A stretch of 64,000 nucleotides of DNA, taken from positions 4,322,934 through 4,386,933 of the forward strand of contig NW_019091356.1 in assembly GCF_001949145.1 (NCBI RefSeq). The letters are read 5' to 3'. Made by a program: the position numbers and the translations under genes. Position 1 is the stretch's first letter. Each line of letters starts with the position of its first letter. The notes under the pieces were generated by a model that was not told the DNA's origin, did no database searches, and worked only from the letters and a program-made list of their open reading frames with translations. Below, piece by piece: positions 12,701 through 27,700 of the stretch. Source of the stretch: Acanthaster planci. Lineage: Eukaryota.

Positions 12701-15700
12701 TCGAAACCGCCAATTGGATATTGTGGTAAGATGTATTCACTTTCGTTCCCGGCTCAAATGCTAGTTACAAGAACCGATTTCCAATTTAAAGTTTGTGTAT
12801 ATCTTGAAAAACATTTGCCTTTTTGAGTTTTCAAGTGAAAACCCTATTGTACCACTCCGCAACTCATCTGGGTAACATACAGTCCGAAATTTAATCTAGG
12901 TTTTGCGAAATTCACACCTTCGTTTCATTGCTGTTCATGACATTACAGGGCAAATTCAATCAAATATTCATTTTTCCCTATGGAAATTCCATCTCAGAAC
13001 AATCTCTCTCTGCTTGGGAAGCTTCATGACCTCGGGTCACTGGTTACTCGTGGGAGCTCTCTGCTAAACCGGCATCGCTAACCCACTTAGCACACCGGCA
13101 ACGCTTCCCCAAATGCGATTACACCACCTCGGCGGCTGGCAGGATAAAAGCATTTTGGAGTATAGATCTGAACAATCTAATCGAATTCTGTGGTGACACT
13201 GGATGTAATGACCGTGTCATTTCACCCGCCTTTCTGCCCATACACACCTTCAAATAAGGGCGCAGCCGGCCATCTGCACTGGCAATCCACCTGATCTTGG
13301 GATCCAAATTTATGGGGCATGCTGGTTTGGGACATATTACACCATTTCCATGCCATTAATATAGGAGCTGTTTATTTTCAGCTAGCTGCTCAGTCTTCCC
13401 TCGTGGGAATCCATTGGCGCCCACATGGCAGGTTAATTGTCATCAGTGCTATACCGCGGTAACGTAATTGTGTGTCGCTCTATAATTTAACGTACAGCGG
13501 CCTATACTTACTGGTTTTCTTCCATGCGAATTATAGGAAAACGAATGAAAGTCATTTTGTGGAAACGGGTTTCGAGAATGAAGTAGGAACACTACCAAGC
13601 CAATTTCAGAAAGCTATAATTCAATTGTATTTGCCTTGCAACACCCACGAAACAGATGTGATTTTTTGAGCATTGGTAAAAATGCACAATTAATGTGCAT
13701 GTTGGATGCGAGGCAATACTCGGATGATTATTGACTCACTTTTGGAGTTGGCCATGCAGCACTACTTCAGTGATAGGTTATCCTAATTAAACCTTTCCTT
13801 GTCGTTCCAACCTGTAACACATCGTCACAGTCTTAAATCATACATAATGATGATCTGCATTTCCACAGAAGCAACTAGGTAACCATACTCCATCTTGTTT
13901 AGTTGCTCAGGGCAAAATTTTCTGCCAAGATCAGACAAAATGTGGCACATGGATTGTCGGTAAAGTTTGAAAAGTATATACTCTGAAATCTGTTGCTTGG
14001 CTCTTCAGCAAAACAAGATTCACGTTTTATATTATGGCCATATTATGCTTATTGCAATACGTTTACTGTTCATGTATTCGTGAGCCCCTTTTGCTACATT
14101 GTCACAGACTTGGGTTAATTCTATCCGCTCCCAGTGGAACAAAAGAGGGCGTGTTTTTTTTAAACTCACCACTGAGGCGCGCCATGAGGCGTGCAAGTAT
14201 TGTATATGCATGTTTGACGCGGATCATGTATGGTCTTTGCGTACAAGCAGAACGCGTGCAAGAACCCGCTTGTAACCACCTGTCTTTCTTTTGCCGATGG
14301 GGGTGCACTTCAGCTTGGGGCGGATACCCACGTGTATCTCTGACTATATCTGTCTTTGCTTGTTGTCCCCTCCCCGCCAATGAAAATATTGACTGACAAC
14401 AGTGGTAGAGGCCATTTAGTAGGAAAGACTCGTTGAGAGTTCTGCTTTTAGACCGAATTGCAACTTTGTCTGCATTCATATCTCCCTAGTGGCAAATCTT
14501 CGAATCCTATCTTCTGTCTTCTTTGCATTATTCTTATTTTACTATAGGCCTACACCACTAGAAACGGCAACGTGTCGCCCATGCACACTGCCATTTCGCA
14601 AAACAAATAAGAAAAGCCAGCTTGGTCAAATTTGCTGATCAGTCTGCTTTACTACAGGTAATCCCTTCTCTGATCTCAGATAAACCGATCCGAGTCTGTA
14701 TTTTTTTTTCCCGGTGTTGGCATGGTAAGTACTCGTTGGTTGCGCGCGCATTATCCCTGTCAAAATGTCAGACACTTTTGCCCGTCGGATTGCAATCGAT
14801 GAGAGGCTGGTCCGCTCGACAGTTGGGAGCTTTGCGAGGTCGCCGTTGACGCACTGTCTAATTTGTTTGTTGCTCTACCTGTTTTCTGCCACTGTTTCAG
14901 TTTGAGTTTAATTGGCATCGATCTTGAAGTGAAATCAGCCTGTGGCGAGTCACATTTGTATTCTTCAACAGTTTAGACAATATAACGCATAGACAATGTG
15001 ATTATCCGATCATTATGCCAACACGGGGAAAGGAAGTAACGGTAAAATCCTTCCCTTATACTTGGCAAACTCTTTCTTCGGTCGTCCAATCAAATGGGTC
15101 ACAATCATCACTTGATATCGCATTCACTAAAAGGTCATCTCCATGACGTTGTTTGACTCTGTTAGTGATTGGAATAAAGTTTGATAGACAGGTTGGGTCC
15201 CTTTTCATCCGTGTAAAGGTGTAATTTGCGGTGGTTGATCATTTCATGCGGCCTCTAAAAATTTAATGCCTGTCAAGTGTATTCGTCTGAGCATCTTAGC
15301 TTGTATTTGGATCACGGAATACCCTCCCCGACTCGAGAAGGCCGAATTCCCAAATTACAAGAAGACATGAAAAAATAAGCTCGACAGAACTGGTTGTCAT
15401 GTCAACGGAGTGCATCCCTCAGCCTCAATCTCCTTACTATTGTCTCCGAAGCTACTGTGACGGGTTTTTTTTGCGCAAGTGAGTTGATTTTTTCTCCCCG
15501 TGCGTTCCGCATAACAGTCTCCAAAGCGCCAAACCGTGCCGTAATCATGCCCCCGAATTCCTCCGCCGGCAGGGCAAAACGATTCCCCAATCTAGGACAG
15601 AAGGAGTCAATTTTCTTGTAGATTTCTTGTCGTCTCGGGTATCTCGTTTTTCCATCGGTTTGAAAGAAGGAGAGCAGTACCCGGGGAAACAATTTACGGA

Positions 15701-18700
15701 TTGCTCGTGATTGGCGTGTGGTGAGCTCTTACCCCACAAAAAAGATACGTTTGTGCGTATACCCTTGTCCTGTACGTCCTAGATAGTGCCAGACAATCAA
15801 GATGTCATTTAAAAACTGATAATCTGTGTTACTTTGTACCTGATAACAGGAACATGGACCATTGTGAAAAAAAATGAAGTGGCAAATTCTACCACAGTTG
15901 GACAAAATAAATGCCGAGTAAAGGCGCCTTTCCACATGTGCGTCAATTAACACTTGCGTCAGGTTTTTACGTATCTGTCAAAATCGCTCTCGGGGCAATT
16001 TTGACGGCCGAACGCAACGCACAGTAGGTGTGTTAAGTTAATAGAGTCGATTTTGGTGTCTGTGAAAGTGAAGCGCATGAACGCAATGTGTACATAACGC
16101 GCCATAAAAACGTACATATGGAAAGACGCTTTAACAGGACTCATGTGCGTGAGTTGTTAATTTCCCCGGATAGTAGCACATACCAGGGGCCATCATAGTC
16201 ATTTGACTTCACATAAAATGAGTCAAAGTGACTCGACCTGGGATAATAATTGGGTGTTATTTTTCTGTATTTTTTAAGAATTGTAATGCTATTATTTTTT
16301 GAGAAAACAGACTTTTAAGAAAACCTTTTCCAACGATCGTTTTGACGAACATTCGTTGGGCAACACGGTTGATTGGATGCCGTTTACAGTCGTCACAAAC
16401 AAAATTTGAATTTTCACCCCATACACTATCACCCCATAAAAAATTGTATGATCTGAACTACTCGCACGGGGCAACATGGCTGCTCCTTTCCCAGTTCCAT
16501 GGAGATGAAAAACGTTTTTTTAAAAGCTTTTTGAAAAACACAGCCGTTGAAGCTCCCTTTTTTCCTGCCACAATGTCCTTTATGTCCACAATTTACCGGT
16601 AGTTACTTCATTTGCCAGTGAAGAAGTGTTTTGGGTGTGCACCGACTGCACGTAGATCGACGTAACGTGATTACATGTATGTAATCGTGCATATGCACGA
16701 CGCCACTTTACTGGTCGACGAATCCACGCGAAGAGAGTGACAAAGCTTTAATAAAGGTATATTTACCGACCACTACTCAAACCGTTTAAAATAACTACAC
16801 CTTTTTTTTGGGGGGGGGTGTACCCGTCCATCTTTGTTCTGCAAAGTGACCTCGTTTGTTTATTGTCAACACACTCAGAAACGCCCCGTGATCCGTAGTT
16901 TCTGAGGTAAATTATGCGACCTGCGCTTTGAGCATTATAAACGAACGACGCTTTTCATGATTTTTTTTTCTCAAAGCAGCAAACTCAAAGCATGAAACAA
17001 GTGGATAAAATGATATCTGAAGTATTTCAACAAAACCTCGAATTTTTCAGTTTTGAACAATTACACACACAAATACCAAAGATGTACACCATCTTTGAGT
17101 TAACAAATGACGAACTAACAACCAACACCCCAGTCGTTCCATTAGGGGCTCCAATAAACGTAAAGCAAACATTGAGTGGATCAGATTTTCAGGGACCTTG
17201 AGAGGTGTGCGTCCAGGACATTGGAGACGATAGCAGTTATCAGGTTTCACGCCTACCTTCTGGTCACGCATATGATGGGTGAGGATCTATAAGGTTGATA
17301 TCTCTCGTTTGTTTAAACCTGACCTTCAGGATCATGCAATTTGAGAAGACAGTATACAAAAGTAGCGGCAGTTACTTTTATTTATTGGCGTTCTAGTCTC
17401 CGCCGAAATGTCATGTTATTTCAGTTAATGGTCGTCCCATATATCTCCTTTTTCAAAAGGCACCTGACGGCTCCCCTAAAAAATGAGATCCAGAGATATC
17501 CGTTCGTTCACCCGAGGACAAGGAGATTCACAGCGCAATGGATGAGTCGTTTTGCGACGATAGTTTGACATGTTTGTCTAACGATCTGCGAGATTTGACC
17601 TGACGTGTCCAGCAGTTGTTGAGTTTGTTTTCCCAAGCAATTTTTGTGTGTTTCCTATACATCCGGTGGGGGTGCTTTGCAAGATGTTTTCTCTAGTTTT
17701 TATTTCTGGCGGAGCTTCGTAAACGTTTTGTGGATTGCGACAGTTAACCTTGTCCCCAGTGGCTATTCGGACTCGTACCCTCCCCCTCTCTCGAGGTTGT
17801 TAGCTTGCTTTTAGCCGGAGTCCCTTGACGGCATATATATATAGAGAGAAAGTCAGATTTCTTCTGAATACATGTCTGTTTTTTGTTTCTGTTCCCATCA
17901 GGCAGCCGCTGTGTGTAATAATTCTATGCCCACTCGAACCCACAGTGGACAAATTAAAAAATGAAAAAAATAATGGTTCCTAATCCGATTATTGATTACC
18001 ACCCACTTTCAATAAGCAAAATTGTACGAGGAGACAAATTCTTATTTACAATTCATGGACACATCGACGCTCCCTCTCTCATGTCATATCAGGAAGACAG
18101 ATGCATTAGAAGGGGTTTTCTGGTAAAATTATCTTACTATTTACTCCTAGATATTTTGGAGAAAACATTGCTTTCTGACCTACTTCGGTTCTTACTTTGA
18201 TTTTCTTAATAAAGGGTAGCCCCTCCTTTCATGTGGGAGTGCCCGACGTGGATGCTGCGTTCCAGAGGGTGTGTGTCTGGTTCCCCTACTCAGTCATTCA
18301 TAGACACTTGGAATATTTGGTTGTTCCTACTTATCCAGGCATTTGGACAACACGTCAGCTGCTACAGCGGCCAGACTCGTTCGAGTCGCGGAGAAAATGT
18401 CAAAAAAGTGCGCCTTACCTAACACTCGGTACGCCCACGTTCCCCGTCTGTCAACGTTAACATGAATGCCTGTCATTGGTATAGATTCTTGAAAGAATGA
18501 AATCCAAGTAGAGAGCAATTGGGGATCAGTGCGTGCGCACGATTAGCGATTTTCTCCTTTGATGTGGAGAGGACGTAGTTCGCTGAATTTCAGTATCGGC
18601 ACGATTTCCAGGAGAGTTGGGTTGATTAAAAATTAATAGGGCGCTTCCTGTGAGATTTTCCTGGGGACTCTTTTCTCATTTCGGCAACTAATGGAAGCTG

Positions 18701-21700
18701 TCATTTCGTCTTGAACTGTGAGGATATCAACAGTGTCGCTTTGTGATGGAGACGGCAGTTCCTTTTATATAAGAAGCTGTTTAGATTCCGGCTGAAATAA
18801 AAATAATTTGAGAAAAAAGGGGGTCTCGAAATAACCGACGTTCCACGAACATTGAGTATTAATGTTGAGCGCGATCGGCTGAGCTGCACGATAGTTGTGC
18901 GATTGCTCTGTGCGATTGGTCGAACCTTCAAAAAACTTCCTTTTTCGAAATCATCGTGAATTAGACAGAAAGGAGACTAGCTAATGGGGGAATTATCGAT
19001 AAATTGTTGAGTAAGATTGACCGATCGACCTACCGCATCCAAGACACGTGCTTCGGTTAAAACCTGACATCTTTTGTTAACACTGCGACGCTGGTGACGT
19101 GCAAAATACGGCATCATGTACACAGCTATCGGAGACTCAAAGGGGAACATTACAGCTTACAACAAGCTCAGGCCTTGTAATCCGAGCTGCCAAATTGAAA
19201 CTGCCCACAAAACTGTCGAGGTTTTCTACAAAGGGGCATCGAAACTTAAGCTGGAAATGTCTTTCAAACGAGGCAGAGTGCGTGTGCTCAGTGCTGCGTT
19301 GAAGACTACGGTTTGGCAAGACGTTTTTATTTCGGGTTTTTCTGTGCCACAAGTGCGTTGACATCTCCTACGGTGCCTATAGGCCTATACTTGCTGGTGG
19401 CGGGTCAGTTTGATTCTGTCTGAGGTGGACTTTGCACGTTTTCCTCTGCGATCACGATCAGACAGCACGCTGCCCTATCGCTGCACCGCACAAACGAGGG
19501 TCTCATGAATTCGTGTGCATTCTCGACCTACCCGCACCTTCAGTCCTGTCATTGAGCAGAGGATCTCGAGTAGGCTTCCCAACTCCTCCATGGCGCCGAT
19601 ATGTTTGAATATTTCTTTCTGTATTTTTGTAACCAGTCTTGGGCAAGTGGTCGTGGTATTAACGCGTGCTCACGGTCCATGCATGCCTGTGATAGTAAGG
19701 ATGCTAATTAGGACAAGACGCAAAGTGCCACTCAAGGACTTCAGAGTTAATTTGATTGACATTGACAAGTCCTCAGTGTGAACTGAACTAGTGACCCCCG
19801 ACAAAACTGGTTATGTACAGCCTCTGCAGCAAGTGTATTCCTCTCTGAGTGCTGTGCCACCGTATTTAAATAAAGCACGCTTTTCTGATTTCAACTACAA
19901 AAGTGACAGGTGTGGTGTTAGTACTTTTACTTCCAATTCCCCAACAGCTGTGTTGCGAATAGAAAATAAGTGTTTGCAGTGAAAAAAACCTTAGCTTGGA
20001 TGTTCAGGTAAAGTGTACAACGCTTTTACCACGGCCATTGAAATAAGTTAGCATCTTCCATCACAGATCCTTTTTTTCACCACAACTTTTCATTTTGCAT
20101 GTATTATGCACACAGAGGATGCGTGTTGATACCTTTAAGTGGCTGGACAAGTGCTGTATCTATGAACAGTCCTTGGTACGTAATCCTGTAGAGAAACCGT
20201 ATACCATCACAGAAATCGTCTTTATCAAGGGATTATCAGGAAAAACAAGACAACCATTTCTTCGTCAGAGGTCGATCTCTGGCGCGTATTACGTCATGCA
20301 AGTTGCCACAGCAACGGGCAAAATCCTTTGTTTTTTCCCGGCGTTTCCATCTCCCTGTTGTGATGGTTGTGTGGGGAAAACACTGCATCCTGGGTGGGAA
20401 TAGGAGGTCTAACGTGCGGACATTTGATCATTCCCTTTGGCACATTCTATCGATTCTTTGTGTCCTCCTGCGTCCCACTTTTTTCCCGGCCTTCTGTTTT
20501 TTGTCCTGTGTGTCCAGTAGAAACAAATTTATTGCTCATGCAAGAGATTTGTCAGGTCGACCACTGAGATGAGCCCAAAACTAAATTCTGATTGGATGGA
20601 AAGCCTAGCGTGTTTTGATCGCTGATTGATTGAGGCAGGTTACCGAATTCGGCACCATGAGCCGATCGGAATTTCAGATTCTGTTTTTAATTGTAAGAAA
20701 TGGTGCTGGTATCTGGTTGCTAGTGGGGCAGAAACCTCATTGAATATCCAGGTTTCTTTGAAAAAAAAGTCTCATAATCTCTTGTACAATATTTGCCACG
20801 ATGGGTATTTAACATGACGCTTGTTGTGTTGTGAAATGAGATTGGATTAGGATAAAGGAGATAAGCATTTGTTTAGTTTCCTGGCAAAACAACCGAACGG
20901 CAAATGAGAGGAACTTGCTCACCGCACCTGATGAAGACTGGGGAGAAAGTAGCTAACTACAAAGGGTATTCCGTGACACAGAAATGCAGACCTCTGAGTT
21001 AATGAACCCTAGGACAAATTACTTTGTTGGTTGAGGGTGTCATCGATGCGGAAACACTGACTGATTGTATTTTGAAGTAATGTTTACTAACACGTTATTA
21101 ATATTTCAACATGCTACTTAGCGAGACCGTGTCGTAGAACACATTATTTCCAGTAGTCGCGGAGGGCTCATAATTCTCAAGAAATGAAAGTTTCATCATC
21201 ATAAGCTACTTTGCAAAGGAAAAAAATGTATGCCTCGACTGTGACAGGCATGCATAATTTAGATAGGGACCGAGGACGAGCTGTTTCGCAACACACAAAG
21301 GCGCGAGTTCAGACGAAGCGCGAGGGCCGCAGAATCGTCAGAGTTAAGGCGGCATTGAGCCAAGGTCAGGACGGATAAAACACAGTCGGCTGCGTATCTA
21401 CGGAGAGGCTTGACCGCGCCGTAGCGATTCACGTCTTGGACGAACACGTGTGGGGTGCTTGCTGTGCCGTTCCTGAAGAAAAAAATGAACATCTTCAATT
21501 TTAAAACTACAATTCTGTCGATTCTGTTTCTGGAAGTTTGTAAAGATATTGTGTTCGTCTCGGTTCTCGAAATAATCTAACGTGATTTTGATTGCTATTG
21601 GTACCGCAGGAGACTATCGTCATTTTCTGTCACCGATCCATACAACACTTCTATATTTAGGATTACTGCTACCTTGCAGAAAAAGATTTTTATTCATTTT

Positions 21701-24700
21701 TACTCTAATCTAGTCACGATTATTCACAGTGAAAAATTACCGATGAACTGAATTATAAAACAACAGGTCAAGAGGGTTTCTAAAGTTATTCAGGTAATGC
21801 CCTTTTTTCCAGGCTCTACCGCGAGGTTTAATCCTTCACCGTGCAAAATAATTCTTTCTCAAGGATGAACAAGGAAGGGAATAAGATGGAAAAAGATACC
21901 CTTAGACCTGCCCCAGATCTGTCTCAACTGGTGAATTCTAATGTTAGTGGTGAGTTCAGCTTCATTATATGCCGAGGTCTCCGCACACCAGTTTCCGCTC
22001 TCTTTATCACATCCTGTCGTTGACAATGAGATACTGTCACTGTTGCTGTTGTGATGAAGGATTTAACCCCCATTCCTGGGAATTGATATTCCTCTCTTTT
22101 CGTCACTTTCACTCGCTTCCTTCAAACAGTTTTCCATTCTTCCTGGACGCACCATGCAGGTTACACACTAAGAATGCTTTCATGTACTGAGAATGCTCTC
22201 CTCCACTGAATCGCTCTGTTACTGCATGAAAGACTTCCTGAAGGCTTGTTTCAGTATATCAGGACTATACTTGTTCCAAGGACCTCACTGTGTCTCGCAC
22301 TTGTGGCATTTCTAGTACACTTTTGGTACGGATCCCATTCGCTACATTTGGCACTTTGCTTATACTGATTACTTCGTACATTGCTTATAGACACTTTGGA
22401 CGCACTCCCCCAATTTATCTCTAGATATCAATATGAGGAATAAGTATACACGGTGATTAAACCTTCTTGTTTAACTGTTTGTGTTGTCCTGAGCAAAGAG
22501 CCGCCAAGAAGTACAGGTAAACACGCGTCATCCTTTACCATTAATTTGGGCCATGGCTAGCAATTGCTGGTATGGTTTTCGTATACTGTCCACCTTAAAG
22601 TCCACGTGGTTCAGATCTCAATTTCTGAAAAATACCACCTGGGGAGAGAATGTTTTTTTAATTTAATATCGAGGGCTGTGCGAGTCTGTTAGGTATGCTG
22701 TGCAATCATGAGAGTTGCAAATGGTATATATAGAAATTAGTAGGTGTTTTTGTTTCAGTGATCAGTGAGCTTTCCATGAGAAAGTGCTCAAAATCCTGAG
22801 TAGAACACTTCATTAAAATTCGAGGCTTACTCTTGAGTAAGGTTGACCAAACGCGATGCCATGAAGTTTCCACTCATTTAAGAGAAAGAGAAAGATTCAC
22901 AACGTGTGTTCCAGGTACAATTTGCGTCACGGGCTCCTTTAAGGCAGCTTAAAAGCCTTCGTGCCGGAACCTCGTTTTCATGGACGAACTAAAGCACTCC
23001 CGTCACATTGGCTTATACCGTCTACGGACTAAGAAAGCTGCAAAGTGGGACATGACTGTGTGCATTGATGTACAAAGTGCGAAGTCTGCTGTAATGGCTC
23101 CCTTTGATTTCTAGTGAGACATTTTTTACATTACGAGGTGGAGTGTAGAGCGGAGTTAATGACAGCTATAACCTGTCAGTTGAGGACGAAATGAAAATGA
23201 GTCAAATTTGTCTTCTTTTAAGTTGAAGATCTAACTCCAACTTGATCCATCTCCTTGCTGCATAGTTTGGTCTTTATTGACCACAGGTCACACCTCTGTG
23301 CCAATTTGGAGAGAACACTCATTAAGCACTTTCTTGTAATAGTTGTTAAATTAACCGAGCACGAATTGTGGGAATAAAACTCTCTGACAGAACAGGTTTG
23401 CAGACATGCTGATTAATGATCGAACGGTCGTGTCACGGGTGCACGTGCTCCGCGACACATTTATAACTAAACATGTTTCAGGTGCCTTGTGTTGGCATGA
23501 TTTCTCTATCGATCGTACGATTGCATGTAACTCGTGCCAAATCCCAATCGTTATTCGTTATCATCTGTGACATTGTGCGCCAGTAGCGATGAGGCACATG
23601 GTCGCACATCAAAGCTGCGTGTTCAAATATAGTCCTGTCGAGGGAGGCATTTTGTCGAATGTTGCACATGCTTTAGGACTTTCAAGGCTCATGTTGTCGT
23701 TAGCTCGTCACAGTATCTAAGGTAGGCATAGCTGTGCTTTTCACGAGCCTTCCAAACGTTTAGTAGAATAATCAAGCTTAAGGAAAAGCCTTGTTTGAGG
23801 GAAGTTATAAGTGTGATGGTACTGCACTTTTCATTCTCAAAGAATTGGTATTATGTCTATGGGCTGCTTCCCTTGTTCGTCAACTGGACCTGTCTGTTCA
23901 GAAGAGACTTCAATTAGGCCTATCTCGAGTTGTGTGTAGAATCATGCGAATTTGCGAGCCATCCATATTTAAACTTAACGAGCCATTCAATGTATAGCAA
24001 TTTCGCCATCTTTATTACGCTATTGGCTGTGATACTTAACCAATAACGGATGATCCAGTCACTGTTCTCACGTATGCAAAGGACACCAGCTTTTAAGATA
24101 CGTGTAGCTTTTCTCTTTGGTTGTACATAGCACTTATGAAAAGTACGAGGAAAGTTAACGCCATCTTTTAACATGAGAGAGTCAGTCAAATTATATTGGT
24201 GCCTTTGATACCATAGTCTCGATACTAAGATTGGGCTTGAGAGGGCCATTAGAAAGATTCTTTCTTCACAAGTCGTCTGCACTTTTCCCGTTATGTTCAG
24301 CGGAGGGAACTTCACAAATGGCGTTGTTGAACACGGACATGCATAAGCGCTCGATCACTGGTGTAGTGCTTACCTATAAACGTCTATTATCGACACCACT
24401 GATCGAATTTCCCAATCCAGCCATTATCTGTATTTTGACTTCCCTCGCTCCTTCGCTCACGTCCATTAAAAGGGTATCTCTTTTTTTCTGTCCATTTTTT
24501 TTTCTTTCGGGATGGGTTTGTGCTGGCGCCATACAGTGTAGACAGGTATTGATGGATACGTCAGGCGAGACTCAATCCTGTGTCATTTACTTGATACATG
24601 CAAGCACAGGCGTCTTCGTGTTATCACCGATACACGACACGATGTAGAGTGCAGTTTTAAGGAGGTGACAGGACTCCCTGGCTCACCGCCCACACCGTGT

Positions 24701-27700
24701 CACCCTGTAAAGGAGAAGCAGTTTGGCATGCGAGGAGCGCATTTCCTCTTAACTTGAATATGTCTCCTTAATGTCTCCCTCATGACTTCAAATCTGATTA
24801 TAAAATGAAGCAAATGGACTGATCTTAGCTGAGTGGCGACGATGCTTGTTTTACAGTGTGGTTTGAAGGAACTGAAGAATTCAACAGCTGAATACACTTA
24901 TCTACAGGTGTTATTATAATTTCGTTACTTTCAAACTTTCAAAGCAACACAGCAATTTCTGAGAAATGAACAAAACTCCATCGTGTTGTATATGTGTCTG
25001 TTTTCAATCTTATTTGTTTTTTAATTGGCATTGATAGCATGTCTGAAAGTAAAGTTGTTGGATGTCCTGAATAGCGCATTACTGCTGCCGCTGGGCACCA
25101 GTTCCAACTTTATTCCCTGGTGGCAGCGGTGGGATCACATGAAATTATTTCCCAGTGTCGATGTCGCTTAAAGCTTCAGTATAGATTAAATCGGCGAAGC
25201 ATCTTACGTGTTTGGACTCAAATTATTCTCGTATTACGGCACCCACTCGGCTCCGCTCGTATGCGCAGCCTGGCCTGTAACAATATGTCGGTCACGAAAT
25301 ACCAAATTTCTAGTCTCCACCTGGTCGGGGCTTCGTTGCCGAGGGGTACGAAAGCGAATCAGTAGAGCAGCAGTGTTAAAATAGTGCCATGTAACTATTC
25401 ACGGGCATGCTTCTGCTTGTTTTCCCTGGCGTCTATACGTAACATCGTCTTTAGGATGCAATGACGGGCGTCGAAATGCCTGCTTAGGGGATATGAAAGA
25501 AATATTACCTCGGTTTTACTAGGGGTGGTTGGATCGTTACCAGCACGGTCTAATCTTTCCAAGGTACCAATGATAGCTCGAACTTTGCTACAGATTCTTC
25601 TGCAAGTGCATGCTGAGTGTAACCGATGATGTTCTAAATCATCTTCCCTTGTTCTAGTCGATGACTGGGATTGGCAGAACCCTTGAATGGAGTTGAATTC
25701 AGATCAGTCGTTCGTGCACAATACAGTTTGGTAGCATGCGGTTGATCTTGCTTGAATCGTCCAAAATGATATTGGCATTAGCGTGTGTTGACACACCAGA
25801 TTGCGTACTACAGCAAAACTTCACACGTTCAAAAGGTGCTGGGGATCTGGTACTTTATATACCGAAGTGTGACGTCACTGTGAACAAGAATGTGCAGTGC
25901 CAACGAACAGATTACGTGCGCGTATACTTGGTTCACGTGCTGGTTTGTCGCTAATGCCTTTTACACTTATAGCTGTGTGTGTGTGACATATTCACTCATG
26001 TACTCAATAACGCAGTCAGAATAGCAATGGTTGATGCTGTCCTTCCAGATAACTTTGGTCAACCACTTGCCCGTTTCCATTAGTGACTTGCTAACCGGCA
26101 GCTCTCACATTAAAGGCTACTTGTACGGTTAGAAACGATGTATGTATTTCTTAATAAGACGTGGCGGGACCATTCCACTCTAGTACATCGATAAGGCACC
26201 ACTTTCTTCAGTCATGCCCCTTGAGATTGAACTTTTATGGTCTGGGGTCCCAGCTGTATTGATCTGAGTCGAGCGATTTCTTCGCTTGGCCATATCCCTC
26301 GGAGGCTTGGTGATAAAACCACAAGATAGGTGTACACTTCGGTTGTTTTTTTTAAACATTGGCGATAAAATGCACACAATACGGTTGCCATAGCGACACC
26401 CATTTTCTTCTCTAGGGTACTGAGGAGCACTCGAAAACATGTTGAATCTGCCGTCGAGATAACTTCACGATGTGTAGCAGGTTGTTTTTATCAAATGCCT
26501 GGCTAAATGTTTTGAGAGTGTTTTATTATAGACGGTGTCTGGGAAATCAGAGAAAGTTTCTTGCTGACACTGTTTTTCAGTGAAATAACAAGCTCCAAGA
26601 ATATGCAGTTGCCGTTGGTCATTCTTATACCATCACTGACATTGGCTTCAGTATCCCTCCGCGTGCCCTGTACATCAATTGAATTGCAAATGAGCGTCGT
26701 GAAGATCACGTGACTAGCTTGTTAGCTTTTTATCCCCTGGTCGTGCGGGCACCAAGGACCAGTATAGAAGGTGAGTCTTCGTTTCAGCTGGCCATATCTC
26801 CGCGTAATTTGTCCCATCTGCGAGAACATAATACCCGACCGAATAAAAAGTCCAGACGCTACTTAATACTTTCGCTCAGTCCCTGCTTACCAGCTTGTGC
26901 AGCCGATAGGCATTCTGACATGTTGTCCCGTGGCTTTTGCCTACACAAATAGACCTTGACCTTGTAGAATATATTAGGTTGGTTATCAAATCGCGTACTA
27001 TCTGCGAAGGATGGGCTATCTCATAAGGAAGTGTTTGTGATATCCAGTGAAATATTGCTACTGGTCCGTTGCACTTCTTTTGTATGATATTCGTTGAAGG
27101 TAAGTGGTTGCTCTGACAGTCTGATGTTTTTTGTTCTATTTTGAGATAGTCCAACTCAGTTGGCTCTTTAGTAAACCATAAACAATGAGTTATCTTAGCG
27201 GCGACACGACGTTTAAAATTGAATACCGAGGAGTTTAAAGTAAAGCTTAAGCTTACTAAGGGATGATGTCTTTAATTAGCTGAATCTTAGTTGTACTGAA
27301 GTTTAATATCTGTTCTTGGAGATATCAGACAAACAAATGCTATCCAGTAGTCAATTCTTTCCATCGTAAAATTTGACTCGTGATTTTCGGATTGCAAGCC
27401 GCAAGCAGAATCGTGACCAGTACCACTCTTCTATTTAGTGCTTTAATCTTTTACCAGATGAAACATCAAAATGCAACAACTTTTCTTTTGTCTCTGGAGA
27501 ACTGCTCATCATTAATCGCTGTAGCTATCGTCCATAGCAATTTCATGCTTACCTTAATTTTTTAAGATTGCTTGGACTTTTACAACTTTGGAAAGATGTT
27601 TTTGTCAATTTCTACGAAATATGTGTAAAGCAAATCTTGCTATAAGTTTGCATTTTGGATTTTTATATAGTTTAGCCTACTTAGTGGAAAATTTCCCTTT

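Noticed and set aside
13010..13110. Possible degenerate minus-strand SINE head
   Set aside because: Only an A-box-like motif, with no clear B-box, core or tail.
21259..21498. Strong minus-strand acceptor followed by a GC-rich open frame (possible nested antisense exon)
   Set aside because: No recognisable protein similarity and no partner exons found.
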